This document shows, one piece after another, positions 26,132 to 35,714 of a stretch of DNA of 64,000 nucleotides; the stretch's first letter is position 1, and the number at the start of each line of letters is the position of its first letter. Position numbers and translations under genes: made by a program. A model generated the notes under the pieces. That model ran no database searches. It had not been told where the DNA came from and worked only from the letters and a program-made list of their open reading frames with translations. Origin of the DNA: an uncultured Dorea sp. (GTDB lineage: Bacteria; Bacillota; Clostridia; Lachnospirales; Lachnospiraceae); NCBI GenBank assembly GCA_910584615.1, contig CAJUAM010000002.1:29370-93369 (forward strand), written 5' to 3'.

Positions 26132-26890
26132 TTATCCAGCAGCTATTCTTAAGACATCTTCCAGTGTGTTCATCATTTTTGTGATCATATTTCCTATATA
26201 ACTTCCAATCGGTGAGACGAGAAATACCAGCAGTAAAAATCCAACCGTAAGTTTAAGCTGGATACTCAATACAAACAAGTTGATCTGCGGAGTAATCTTT
26301 GTCAAGATTCCAACTCCTACCTGCATGATAAATTCAAACGCAATAAGCGGAAATGCCAGTTTTATGGCAAGCACAACACACTGCGCAAAAATATCCATCA
26401 TCATCAAAGCCGCTCCCTGTGAGAGTACAGCAGCTCCGTAAGGAACTACATCTCCCGAAGTGGCAACAATCTTTATAAGGGCAAGATGCCCATCTACCGC
26501 AAAGAACAAAAGTAAATAGAAAATCTGAAGAATATTTCCTGACACCGCTATCTGAGCACCAGTCTGCGGATCATATACCATCGCCATAGAGATCCCGATC
26601 TGAAAGTCGATCAGCGTCCCGGCAAATGTCATCACCATATCAAACAATACCATTACATAGCCAAATAAATAACCGACTACGAATTCTTTTACCAGAGAAA
26701 GCCCAAACACGAGTGAAGAATCTGTGTCAATATCTACAGTCACTCCCTGCGCCTGTGCCGTAGAATAGACGATAATCGCAAGCCCAAAGGTAAGCCCTGT
26801 CTTTAGCATAGCAGGAAAATTTTTTCTTCCAAGAACCGGGTTCAGAAAAATAAAGCCCGACATTCTCATAAGGACAAGGAAAAACAGCAT
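26132..26890 (-). CDS. fliR: Export gate protein FliR
   Basis: Multi-TM; AGTLIDFQIG, DGHL, PQINLF. Confidence 0.93.
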   Translation of the reverse strand: MLFFLVLMRMSGFIFLNPVLGRKNFPAMLKTGLTFGLAIIVYSTAQAQGVTVDIDTDSSLVFGLSLVKEFVVGYLFGYVMVLFDMVMTFAGTLIDFQIGISMAMVYDPQTGAQIAVSGNILQIFYLLLFFAVDGHLALIKIVATSGDVVPYGAAVLSQGAALMMMDIFAQCVVLAIKLAFPLIAFEFIMQVGVGILTKITPQINLFVLSIQLKLTVGFLLLVFLVSPIGSYIGNMITKMMNTLEDVLRIAAG

Positions 26891-26901
26891 TACTTCCCCT
26901 C

Positions 26902-27165
26902 CTATCTGGCAATCATTTCAAAAACCTGCTTCGTGAAATCCTGCATAGCCCTAAGCATATTGCTCCCGTTAATTACCAGAATCACACCGATAACAACCAG
27001 TTTCGGAAGAAACGTCAGCGTCTGCTCATGAATCTGTGTCGCAGCCTGGATAAGGGAAATAATGATTCCGACTATCATACTGATAATCAGTACCGGTCCG
27101 GCAAGCTGCGCCGCAAGAACAAATAACTGATACATTACATCTGTAATCTCTGACGTAGTCAACAT
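26902..27165 (-). CDS. fliQ: Export gate protein FliQ
   Basis: QAATQIHEQTLTFLPK. Confidence 0.95.
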   Translation of the reverse strand: MLTTSEITDVMYQLFVLAAQLAGPVLIISMIVGIIISLIQAATQIHEQTLTFLPKLVVIGVILVINGSNMLRAMQDFTKQVFEMIAR

Positions 27166-27179
27166 ATCGTCTTCCTCCG

Positions 27180-27845
27180 CTAATTAAAACTCTTTACGAT
27201 AGACGAGAACAATAATTCCCATCCATCGATCGACACAAATAAAAGTACCTTAAACGGCAATGCAATGGTTGCCGGCGGAAGCATGATCATACCCATTGAC
27301 ATCAACGTACTTGAAACAATGATGTCCAGCAGAAGAAACGGAATATACAAAAGAAGACCTGCCGTAAATCCGCGCTTTAATTCGCTTGTCATAAAAGCCG
27401 GAGTAATAATTGTAAGAGACAAGTCCTGAGGTTCTCCCTCCAGTTCCTGTCCCGACATATCTATAAATAAATTCAGCGTACTCTTTTCTGTATTCTTCAG
27501 CATAAACTCCTTAAGCGGCACCTGCGCCTGAGTAAATACCTCCGTCTGCGTAATCTTACCATTCTTATATGGAGTGTAAACTTCCGTATTCACCTGTTTT
27601 ATGATCGGGTCCATAATAAACAACGTCAAAAACAGCGCCATTCCCACTAATACCATATTCGGCGGCGACTGCTGGACTCCTATTGCATTTCTGGTAAATG
27701 AAAGAATGATAATGATTCTGACAAAAGATGTCATCATGATAAGAAGTGATGGCAGAATCATCAAAATTGTCAGCATCAGGAGGATCTGTAATGTAGGAAC
27801 CTCTTCACCATTGATGCTTACTAAATTATTATTCGTTAAATCCAT
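27180..27845 (-). CDS. fliP: Export gate protein FliP
   Basis: TSFVRI, QSPPN, PAFMTSELK, MGMIMLPP..LPFK. Confidence 0.96.
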   Translation of the reverse strand: MDLTNNNLVSINGEEVPTLQILLMLTILMILPSLLIMMTSFVRIIIILSFTRNAIGVQQSPPNMVLVGMALFLTLFIMDPIIKQVNTEVYTPYKNGKITQTEVFTQAQVPLKEFMLKNTEKSTLNLFIDMSGQELEGEPQDLSLTIITPAFMTSELKRGFTAGLLLYIPFLLLDIIVSSTLMSMGMIMLPPATIALPFKVLLFVSIDGWELLFSSIVKSFN

Positions 27846-27849
27846 ATAA

Positions 27850-28206
27850 TTACTTCTTCCTGTCTTTCAGCCGTTCTATTACATCCTTAAAAGCTGCACC
27901 TGTATAATTTCCATTTACCGGAGCCGGAATCTCCATAAGTTCATCCTCCATAAGCTCCGTAAGCAAATTCACATTATCTCCTGTAATCCCAAGCAAAAAT
28001 ACTCTGCCCGAAACCTTCACAAGAGCTACCGAAGACTCCTGCCCTACCATCACCCGATCTATGATACTGATATAACGGGCACTCTGCCTTGCATACCCGC
28101 CAAGGCTCATCTTGTTCCCGATATATCTCGTGCATATATACGTCAGAAAAAGAATTACAACTATAATCAACAGCGTACCAATTGCTGTTATGACTGACTG
28201 AAGCAT
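27850..28206 (-). CDS. fliO: FliO
   Basis: N-terminal TM then ISIIDR...VALVKV...LLGIT; upstream of fliP. Confidence 0.85.
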   Translation of the reverse strand: MLQSVITAIGTLLIIVVILFLTYICTRYIGNKMSLGGYARQSARYISIIDRVMVGQESSVALVKVSGRVFLLGITGDNVNLLTELMEDELMEIPAPVNGNYTGAAFKDVIERLKDRKK

Positions 28207-28240
28207 AAAGTCTTCCTCTCTTCTTTTTAATCAACTAACT

Positions 28241-29638
28241 TTATATGATCTCAGCAATCCGAAGTCCGAAATTATCGTCTACGACAACAACATCGCCTCT
28301 GGCAATACACTGCCCATTCACATACAAATCCACCTGCTCACCGGCAAGCTTATCTAATACTACCAGCGAACCTTTATTCAACTCCAAAATATCCTTAACC
28401 ATCTTCGTGGTTCTACCTATCTCAACAGAAAGCTCCATTGGGACATCCATCATCATATCCAAATTTTCATCTAATATTCCGCCAGCTGCATTTCCATCAC
28501 TTAAATTAGGCTGTGCTGCCGCCTGAACCTTAAGTTTTTTCGGACCTGATGCTGCATCTTTCAGCTGTTGGATCTGCTGTTGCTGCTGTTCTAAAGACTG
28601 ACGCATCATATCCATCATCTGCATCATATTATTCATAAGTGTCGGATCCATCTGCGGCTGTACATACACCGGTGCCTGCGGCATCGGCTGCTGGACTGGC
28701 TGCTGCGCTGGTGCCTGCGGCATCGCCTGCTGGATTGGCTGCTGCACTGGAGCCTGTGGCTGCGCCACTGTCTGCGTCTGTGCTGCCGGTGCTGCTCCTC
28801 CATCTCCTGACGAACCCTTAAGCATTTGCTCAATCGCCTCTTGTGACATCACTCCGCCGTCAGAACCTGAAGCTGACGGTGATACTGCCGGCTCATTCGA
28901 AATCTTATCCGCTCCACCCTGAAGCATCTTTTCAATCTCTTCCTGTGACATCACCTTATTTTCGCTTCCGCCTGCGTTATCAGCCACCTGAGGCTGCGGA
29001 GACGGCGCTGGTGCCGGTGCGGGCGCGCTCCCCTCATCCATAGCTCCATCAGGAAAGAAGCCTGACACAAGATCTTTTGCCAGACTGATGGGCATCAAGT
29101 TCAAAAACTCGCTTTCCATCTTATCTGCAATCATCAGATTAAATCTGATAACTACCATTTGATCATTATCCGCAAAATATTTTTCCTTAAACTGTTCTGG
29201 ACTCTCTACTTCAAAGGAAACCGGAGTGGAAATATCAACTCTTCTGGAAAGAAGTTCAGACAGCGCTGTCGCGGAGGCTCCCATCATCTGATTCATTACC
29301 TCACATATTGCACTGATGTTCATCTCATCCAGTTCAAACTGATCATCCGGTATCTCCATTCCCATCAAAAGCTCAACGATCACTTTAACATCAATACGCT
29401 TAAGCAGCATGATATTATTACCGTCAAGCCCTTCTACATAACCAATCTGAACGCCGACCGCCGGCTCAATACTCGCAAATTCAAATTCATCCTTATGCTT
29501 TACTTTAACAACCGGAGTTGTAATATCAACTCTCGTATCCAGCATAGTTGAAACAGCGGTCGCAGAGGCTCCAAGACTAATATTAAGGATTTCACCGACG
29601 GCGTCTATTTCCATATTACTCAAAGTGTAAGTATCCAT
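28241..29638 (-). CDS. fliY: C-ring phosphatase FliY (CheC-like domain plus FliN domain)
   Basis: GEILNISLGASAT and CEVMNQMMGASAT; C-terminal SpoA domain VPMELSVEIG...ARGDVVVVDDNFGLRI. Confidence 0.92.
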   Translation of the reverse strand: MDTYTLSNMEIDAVGEILNISLGASATAVSTMLDTRVDITTPVVKVKHKDEFEFASIEPAVGVQIGYVEGLDGNNIMLLKRIDVKVIVELLMGMEIPDDQFELDEMNISAICEVMNQMMGASATALSELLSRRVDISTPVSFEVESPEQFKEKYFADNDQMVVIRFNLMIADKMESEFLNLMPISLAKDLVSGFFPDGAMDEGSAPAPAPAPSPQPQVADNAGGSENKVMSQEEIEKMLQGGADKISNEPAVSPSASGSDGGVMSQEAIEQMLKGSSGDGGAAPAAQTQTVAQPQAPVQQPIQQAMPQAPAQQPVQQPMPQAPVYVQPQMDPTLMNNMMQMMDMMRQSLEQQQQQIQQLKDAASGPKKLKVQAAAQPNLSDGNAAGGILDENLDMMMDVPMELSVEIGRTTKMVKDILELNKGSLVVLDKLAGEQVDLYVNGQCIARGDVVVVDDNFGLRIAEII

Positions 29639-29682
29639 ATTTCTTATCCCTCTTTCCGACTTCATCGGGTCCCTTCACGCTG

Positions 29683-30129
29683 TTACTGACCAATATCAAG
29701 GGCCCTTTGAGCCATAAGCTTAATTGCATTGAACGCAGTAATATTCGCATTATAAGAATGGGTTGCCGCCATACTGTCCGTAGTTTCCTTAATCAAATCC
29801 ACATTAGGCATTGCTACATAACCATTTGCATCTGCATCCGGATGTTCCGGATTATACACCATCTTCAAATCTGTCTCATCTTCGGCAATCTCTGTCACAA
29901 TCACTCCGCCGTTACGTTCTCCTGAACGTCCTGCGTTTCTTGTACGGCGCAGTACAGAACTGAAAGATTCCTCCTCGGCTTGAAATCTCACCACTTTTCT
30001 GCGGTAAGTCTCACCTTCTTCTGTTCTTGTCGTTTCAATGTTAGCAATATTCTGCGCTGCGACATCAAGCCGCAGACGTTGTGCAGTCATACCTGATGCA
30101 CTGATATCTAATGAACTTAAAAAAGCCAT
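29683..30129 (-). CDS. flgC: Proximal rod protein FlgC
   Basis: ISASGMTAQRLRLDVAAQNIAN, YRRK, YNPEHPDADANGYVAMPNVD. Confidence 0.96.
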   Translation of the reverse strand: MAFLSSLDISASGMTAQRLRLDVAAQNIANIETTRTEEGETYRRKVVRFQAEEESFSSVLRRTRNAGRSGERNGGVIVTEIAEDETDLKMVYNPEHPDADANGYVAMPNVDLIKETTDSMAATHSYNANITAFNAIKLMAQRALDIGQ

Positions 30130-30141
30130 CGCCTATACCTC

Positions 30142-30504
30142 CTATTTTTCCAAGAGGCCGGTTACTGTCTTAAGAATCCGTTCTGGTTTGAACGGCTTTA
30201 CAATAAAGTCCTTAGCACCCGACTTAATCGCCTCGATAACCATACTCTCCTGTCCCATAGCAGAACACATTACAACCTGTGAATCACTATCTAATTCCTT
30301 AATCTTCTTAAGCGCTTCCAATCCATCCATATTCGGCATAGTGATATCCATCAAAACCAGCTCCGGTTTTTGTTCACTGTATGTTTTTACAGCGTCCTGA
30401 CCATCCGCCGCTTCAATCACATCCGTATATCCGCCCTGCGCAAGCGCATTCTTAACCATCATTCGCATAAATGCTGCGTCATCAACTACCATTATTTTAG
30501 CCAT
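30142..30504 (-). CDS. cheY: Response regulator CheY
   Basis: VVDDAAFMR, DITMP, SAMGQ, FIVKPF. Confidence 0.95.
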   Translation of the reverse strand: MAKIMVVDDAAFMRMMVKNALAQGGYTDVIEAADGQDAVKTYSEQKPELVLMDITMPNMDGLEALKKIKELDSDSQVVMCSAMGQESMVIEAIKSGAKDFIVKPFKPERILKTVTGLLEK

Positions 30505-30565
30505 TTCAGCACCTCTCTCCTTGTTTTTACTTATATATTGTAACAGTGGCTTATTCCACTGGTAC

Positions 30566-31609
30566 TTACTCTACCGTAACTTCTTCAGGTTTACTCTGGG
30601 TTTCTGGTTCAATCTCCTCTTTTTCAATCCGCTGACCCAGTTTTACAGCAACACTGTTCTTATGTACCCCAAGCTTAGCATCATACCACGGCTCACCGCC
30701 GACATATACACGCACATCAGAATTCTTACTCTTATTAAGGTCAATAACATCATCCACCTTAAGGCTGTAGACATCGCGGAAATCAAGCTTAGCCGTACCA
30801 AGCTGTACTCTCATGTCAAGTACAGAAGTCTTGATCTTATCCATGATGATCTCTCTGCTGTTGGCAATACCGTTATCGTAAGCGCTTTCAACATTACGCC
30901 GCTTATCCATAACAGAGAATATATTTGTCAAAAGACTTCCCGGTATACACACACTGATATATCCGCTGGCATTGGGAATCTTCATCTCCAGCATGATAAT
31001 TGCTATCGTCTCATCCATTCCGATTTCCTGGAACATACTAGGAGACTGCTCCAGTCTTCTATGATCTACAGACAGGCTGATATAATTTTTCCATGAATCT
31101 TTAATAGCTCCGGAAAAATATCCTAACAGCTTCTGATAAAGAGCAAGTTCTATGTCTGTATATGTATACTCCACCGGAAGCTCTGCAGTATCCCCTTCAC
31201 CGCCTAACATCCTGTCGATCATATTCGTTACAAGAAGCTGGCTGATATGAAATACAATCGGCGGATTCTTAGAATCATCCGGTAATTTCATATACAGAAG
31301 TACCATAACGTCATTCTCGCCCAAGGAATTACCAAACTCATGATAACGCTGTTCCTCTACAGATATTACCTCTATCTCACAATTCATACGCAAGATTCCA
31401 TTCAATTGTGACACAATGATCCTGCAGTAATTGTCATGGATACCTTTAAGAATCTTAAGCCGCTCTCTCGTAAACTTCTTCGGGCTGTAGAAATCATATT
31501 TTTTATATTCTTTTTCCTTCTTCTGTACCGGTTTGGCAGCTCCTGAATTACCTTCCTTCATGGAATTCAACAGCATGTCTATCTGGCTTTGTGATAATAC
31601 ATCTGACAT
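30566..31609 (-). CDS. fliM: C-ring protein FliM
   Basis: MSDVLSQSQIDMLL, YDFYSPKKF, C-terminal SpoA domain. Confidence 0.95.
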   Translation of the reverse strand: MSDVLSQSQIDMLLNSMKEGNSGAAKPVQKKEKEYKKYDFYSPKKFTRERLKILKGIHDNYCRIIVSQLNGILRMNCEIEVISVEEQRYHEFGNSLGENDVMVLLYMKLPDDSKNPPIVFHISQLLVTNMIDRMLGGEGDTAELPVEYTYTDIELALYQKLLGYFSGAIKDSWKNYISLSVDHRRLEQSPSMFQEIGMDETIAIIMLEMKIPNASGYISVCIPGSLLTNIFSVMDKRRNVESAYDNGIANSREIIMDKIKTSVLDMRVQLGTAKLDFRDVYSLKVDDVIDLNKSKNSDVRVYVGGEPWYDAKLGVHKNSVAVKLGQRIEKEEIEPETQSKPEEVTVE

Positions 31610-31627
31610 AATGATTCACATTTCCTT

Positions 31628-32485
31628 CTATTCAGTAGTAGTCTCGCCGTATACCTGTTTATAATACTTATCAAGCTGATTCTCTATATTACCTGTCTTG
31701 GTAATCAAAAGTTCTACTCTACGGTTCTTTGCCCGATCTTCCGGCGTATCAAATGATGCAATCGGACGATGCTGCCCAAAAGCTGAACTGTAGAGTCTGT
31801 CGCCGGCAATCACTTTCTTTTTCTGCAGATAAGCGGTTACAACCGCGCTGCGCATCGCCGACAACTCTCGGTCTGTATTAATATTATTTTTCTTATCTGG
31901 TCTTCCCTGTGACGTATGGCCAATGATCTGAATCTGTTCTATTGATTTCGCGCATGGCTTGATGATCTTCGCAAACGCATCAATCATCTTCTTACCATCC
32001 TCTCTCATTACCCAGTCATCCCCATCAAAGAATACTTTATCACGAAATGTAATAAATGTATACCCTTCTCCTTTAGCAATTTCAACTTCTGTAGCATCAT
32101 CGGCAAGCTCTTTAAGCTCCTGAAGCTTTTCGTACAAAGAATCGAACTGTTCATCCAATGCCTGCTGTTCCTCTGGACTTCTGCCCGTATTCTCCTTCGG
32201 ATCGTTCAGATCATCTTCATAGATCGCATCTCTGTTCGTATCCTTTGGGAGATCCGTACTCCCCGGCACGTCATCGTCACCTGGCTGATTCTCTGTCGTT
32301 ACAAGCTGCGATACTTCTTTCGCCGCATCCGGATTTAAACTCTTAACAAGGTTTTCCCACTTCACCTGATCGACAGATGATATGGAATATAACAGTACGA
32401 AAAAACATAAAAGCAGCGTAACCATGTCGCCGTATGTATCCATCCATGAGGAGCCTTCCTCCGGCGCTTTATTTCTCTTTTTCAT
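31628..32485 (-). CDS. motB: Stator protein MotB (PomB/MotS-like TM signature)
   Basis: WMDTYGDMVTLLLCFFVLLYS; OmpA-like GHT...ELSAMR...NRRVE. Confidence 0.93.
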   Translation of the reverse strand: MKKRNKAPEEGSSWMDTYGDMVTLLLCFFVLLYSISSVDQVKWENLVKSLNPDAAKEVSQLVTTENQPGDDDVPGSTDLPKDTNRDAIYEDDLNDPKENTGRSPEEQQALDEQFDSLYEKLQELKELADDATEVEIAKGEGYTFITFRDKVFFDGDDWVMREDGKKMIDAFAKIIKPCAKSIEQIQIIGHTSQGRPDKKNNINTDRELSAMRSAVVTAYLQKKKVIAGDRLYSSAFGQHRPIASFDTPEDRAKNRRVELLITKTGNIENQLDKYYKQVYGETTTE

Positions 32486-32515
32486 CTATATCCACTCCAA
32501 CTGCTTATATCACTC

Positions 32516-33331
32516 TTATTTTTTAGATTTCTTAGATTTTCCGCCGCCCTCTTCGCCATTCAGAATCTTCTGCTGATTCGTCTGGTGAAGCAGGGATACC
32601 AGCTTCTCCTTTAACACCTTCGGGTTATCCCCGGCCTGAATACCTACAACACCTTCAATAATTACTTGTTTATAGATTACTTCTTCATCATTACGGATCC
32701 GAAGCTTTTTCGCGATCGGCCCAAAAAGCAAGTTTGCCAAGATACACCCATAGAAAGTTGTTACCAGAGCCGTCGCCATACTGGCTCCCAGATTATTGGA
32801 CGACCCGGACGACAGATCCATTGATTTCAACATGTTAACCAGCCCGACCAGCGTTCCGATCATACCAAATGCCGGAGCATAGCTGGATGCCTTCTCATAG
32901 ATGGCCACCTCTCCGTCATGACGCTCGATCATGCTTCCAACTTCATTCTCCAATATCTCGCGCACTTTTTCTGCTTCCATCGCATCTACAACCAGCAGAA
33001 TTCCCTTTTTAAAAAATGGGTCTTCCAATTCATTCGCTTTTTCTTCCAGCACAAGGAGACCGTCCTTTCTGGCCATCTGCGCATATTCAATGATAGTTTC
33101 AATAACTGGTTCCGGCTGATATTTTTTTCCTGAGATCAGCTTTGTCATATGCTTCCCCATTTTTTTTAACTTATCAAGAGGAAAACTCGCAATAACCGCA
33201 CTGAATGTTCCTCCAAGTACGATGAGAACGCTTCCCGGATCCCAAAAATTCGATAGGCTTCCGCCTGACATACAGCCGAATACAATAAACCCAAAACCAG
33301 CCACTATTCCTATAATTGTTGTCGGATCCAT
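32516..33331 (-). CDS. motA: Stator protein MotA (PomA/MotP-like)
   Basis: ARKDGLLVLE, APAFGMIGTLVGL, ALVTTFYG. Confidence 0.95.
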   Translation of the reverse strand: MDPTTIIGIVAGFGFIVFGCMSGGSLSNFWDPGSVLIVLGGTFSAVIASFPLDKLKKMGKHMTKLISGKKYQPEPVIETIIEYAQMARKDGLLVLEEKANELEDPFFKKGILLVVDAMEAEKVREILENEVGSMIERHDGEVAIYEKASSYAPAFGMIGTLVGLVNMLKSMDLSSGSSNNLGASMATALVTTFYGCILANLLFGPIAKKLRIRNDEEVIYKQVIIEGVVGIQAGDNPKVLKEKLVSLLHQTNQQKILNGEEGGGKSKKSKK

Positions 33332-33337
33332 AATTAT

Positions 33338-33538
33338 CTACACCTCCACCTTTATCCCGCTCACAATTTTTCGATTAAACTGAACCACCTTTTCAATGAT
33401 CTCCTGCGGGCTTTCTCTGACGATATGATACCTTCCGTTCGTCATCGTAATCTTCGATTCAGGTATCTGATCTATATATTCAATCTGCCTGTCGTTTACC
33501 GTAATGTATTCGCCATTCAGTTTTGTCAATATAATCAA
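33338..33538 (-). CDS. flbD: FlbD/SwrD-family protein
   Basis: IILTKLNG...VNDRQIE...VRES; TTG start after AGGAGG. Confidence 0.9.
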   Translation of the reverse strand: MIILTKLNGEYITVNDRQIEYIDQIPESKITMTNGRYHIVRESPQEIIEKVVQFNRKIVSGIKVEV

Positions 33539-33555
33539 ACCGAAACCTCCTGTTC

Positions 33556-33586
33556 TGAGGCGGCCGTCAAACCGGCAGCCGCCTCA
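33556..33586 (-). other. GC-rich stem-loop immediately 3' of flgE
   Basis: TGAGGCGGC...GCCGCCTCA; followed by the flbD RBS rather than a U-tract. Confidence 0.7.
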
Positions 33587-33623
33587 TTCTGCCTTCTCTC
33601 ACTGCTTATGTATTCTTCATATA

Positions 33624-34562
33624 TTAACGTTTCATATTAACAAGCTGCTCAAGTATCTCATCTGTTACCGTAATGATCTTCGTGTTCGCCTGATATCCGC
33701 GCTGCGTCGTGATCATAGCAGCAAAATCAAATGCAAGATCTGTATTGGACATCTCAAGGAAACCGCTGTTGATATTTCCTGTTGCCGCCGTTGTCCGCAT
33801 ACCAACACATCTTCCGGCATTCTGTCCCACCTCATAATAGAAACCTGTCTTCTGGTTCAAACCATTTGGATTTTCTACATTCGCAATCGCGATCTGACCA
33901 ATCGTATGGACATTATTATTTTCATCTGTTCCTACGACTGTACCATCCTGTCCGATACGCCATGAAACGATAGAATACATCTCACCATTCGCACTCTCCG
34001 GATCAATCGGTATCTTTATCGGAACCATCTGAGTCAGGTCCATCAGTGCCTTACCGTTCTCGTCAACTTTTCCGCTGGGCGCGAAACCGTATACATAGTT
34101 ACCGCTGTCATCTACCAGATAGCCATTTGCATCCGGGCTGAAGATTCCGACTCTGGAAAAATACGCGCCGCCTCTGGAAAGATCAAATTCACCTTCATTC
34201 CCGCTTGCTGCCGGGGTGGTAAACGGCTCGTTAAACGGTCCAACAATAAAGAATCCAGGACCATCGATCATACAATCCAGATCGTTGCCTGTGTACTGAC
34301 CATTTGACGTTCCAAAATTGGTGCTGACAGAACTTACAACTGAACCATAACCGAGCTGCGAAGTATTGATACCTCCTAAGTTGCCGAGCGTCGCGTTACC
34401 TGACTGCCCATTCTTCAGATTTGTGTACACAGAGTCTTGAAAGTTCGTTGTTCTTGACTTATATCCCCATGTATTTACATTCGCTATATTATTTCCAAGT
34501 ACATCCAATCTAGTCTGATGCGCTTTAAGACCTGCAATTGCAGCATTCATTGATTTGACCAT
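33624..34562 (-). CDS. flgE: Hook protein FlgE (short form)
   Basis: LDVLGNNIANVNT, LEMSNTD, QRGYQANTKIIT; lies between flgD and flbD. Confidence 0.9.
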   Translation of the reverse strand: MVKSMNAAIAGLKAHQTRLDVLGNNIANVNTWGYKSRTTNFQDSVYTNLKNGQSGNATLGNLGGINTSQLGYGSVVSSVSTNFGTSNGQYTGNDLDCMIDGPGFFIVGPFNEPFTTPAASGNEGEFDLSRGGAYFSRVGIFSPDANGYLVDDSGNYVYGFAPSGKVDENGKALMDLTQMVPIKIPIDPESANGEMYSIVSWRIGQDGTVVGTDENNNVHTIGQIAIANVENPNGLNQKTGFYYEVGQNAGRCVGMRTTAATGNINSGFLEMSNTDLAFDFAAMITTQRGYQANTKIITVTDEILEQLVNMKR

Positions 34563-34604
34563 ATGTTTTTACTTCCTTTCTGTTATATACCTGCGTACCG
34601 TCAC

Positions 34605-34652
34605 GGCAAATGTCATTCGGACAAAATGCCAAGCCTCCACATGTGGTCCGGC
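34605..34652 (-). other. Tandem stem-loop RNA element upstream of flgE
   Basis: GCC-GGA-CCACATGTGG-A-GGC followed by GGCA-TTT-TGTC-CGAAT-GACA-TT-TGCC. Confidence 0.55.
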
Positions 34653-35041
34653 TAAAATAAAACGGCACTGTCAATATTGGTAAATATATTCTCTTTCATC
34701 TCTCTCTCAGTCATCATTGTAATAATCGTGTTATTCGGTATGTTCACGATAAATGCACTCTTATCTCCAATCAGCACCGCATCTTTTGAACCCTTGTCTC
34801 TGGCTCTTTGTACTGCCTGATTTAAATCACTGAGAAGCCCCGACGTCACTTCCATACCACGGGACTGCATACGCTGCGCAGCATGTTTTGAAAACTGTAC
34901 TCCGTTTTTTCTGTATTCATTCTTCAAAGAATCCGCAAAACTCGCGGAGCCTGTTTTATCTGGCACAGTAAGCTGATGAGAAAGCTTTAATTCTGATATA
35001 TTTGATATATTTGATACATCCGCAAGCTTAGAAACACCCAT
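34652..35041 (-). CDS. Flagellar operon protein (TIGR02530-like)
   Basis: FSKHAAQRM..RG and ENIFTNIDSAV motifs; between flgD and flgE. Confidence 0.88.
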   Translation of the reverse strand: MGVSKLADVSNISNISELKLSHQLTVPDKTGSASFADSLKNEYRKNGVQFSKHAAQRMQSRGMEVTSGLLSDLNQAVQRARDKGSKDAVLIGDKSAFIVNIPNNTIITMMTEREMKENIFTNIDSAVLF

Positions 35042-35092
35042 CGCTTTTCACCGCCTTTCCACTTTTGCGTCTAAAATGACTGTTTCTTTTCC

Positions 35093-35668
35093 CTATACAG
35101 TGTCTTTGCCTTCTGTCTCTCCGGAATTTTCTCCCTCTGACTCTTCAGAGCCTTCACCTTCTGTCTTGTCATCATCTTTGTCAGTCTCATCTTTCATCTT
35201 CACATCTCCGACAGACATGATCTGTGACATACTGTATTCTTTATCCCCGATAAAGATAGTCGGTGAATCTCCTGCTAGTGAAACTCCTGTAACTGTTCCC
35301 TTTGTATACTCTCCGGTCCCTCGTCCCAATGAATCTACTTCCGCGACTGTAACCTCTTTCCCAAGCATTGACGTTGCATAAGTAATCACACTGGTCGATG
35401 TCATCTGAGCCATCGCCGTGATCATCTTAGACTGTACCATCTGTGACATAAGCTGCGACGTGTCCATCGGATTATCAGGATCCTGATACTGCATCTCTGC
35501 CGCCATAAGCTTATAAAAGTCTGTCATTGTTAACTCTTGTGTGTAAGCTGACGAATTCGTTCTCTGATAATTTGTGGATGAACTGCGCTGAGTTGAGTCT
35601 GTTCTGGCATAATTAGCTGCTGTTGTATTCTGCGCCGCAAATGCGTTGCCGATTCCATCTACTGGCAT
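35093..35668 (-). CDS. flgD: Hook capping protein FlgD
   Basis: DFYKLMAAEMQYQDPDNPMD. Confidence 0.93.
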   Translation of the reverse strand: MPVDGIGNAFAAQNTTAANYARTDSTQRSSSTNYQRTNSSAYTQELTMTDFYKLMAAEMQYQDPDNPMDTSQLMSQMVQSKMITAMAQMTSTSVITYATSMLGKEVTVAEVDSLGRGTGEYTKGTVTGVSLAGDSPTIFIGDKEYSMSQIMSVGDVKMKDETDKDDDKTEGEGSEESEGENSGETEGKDTV

Positions 35669-35714
35669 ATTATTTCTCCTTCCCCACCGTCATATTATTA
35701 TACTTTTTTGACAT

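Noticed and set aside
28633..28790. CAG/GCA-rich repeats as a CRISPR array or standalone repeat
   Set aside because: They encode the Gln/Pro linker of FliY; no repeat-spacer periodicity or cas genes were seen in the window
33624..34562. Short FlgE as a truncated pseudogene
   Set aside because: Both termini are intact, and short hook proteins lacking the outer domain are known in Firmicutes
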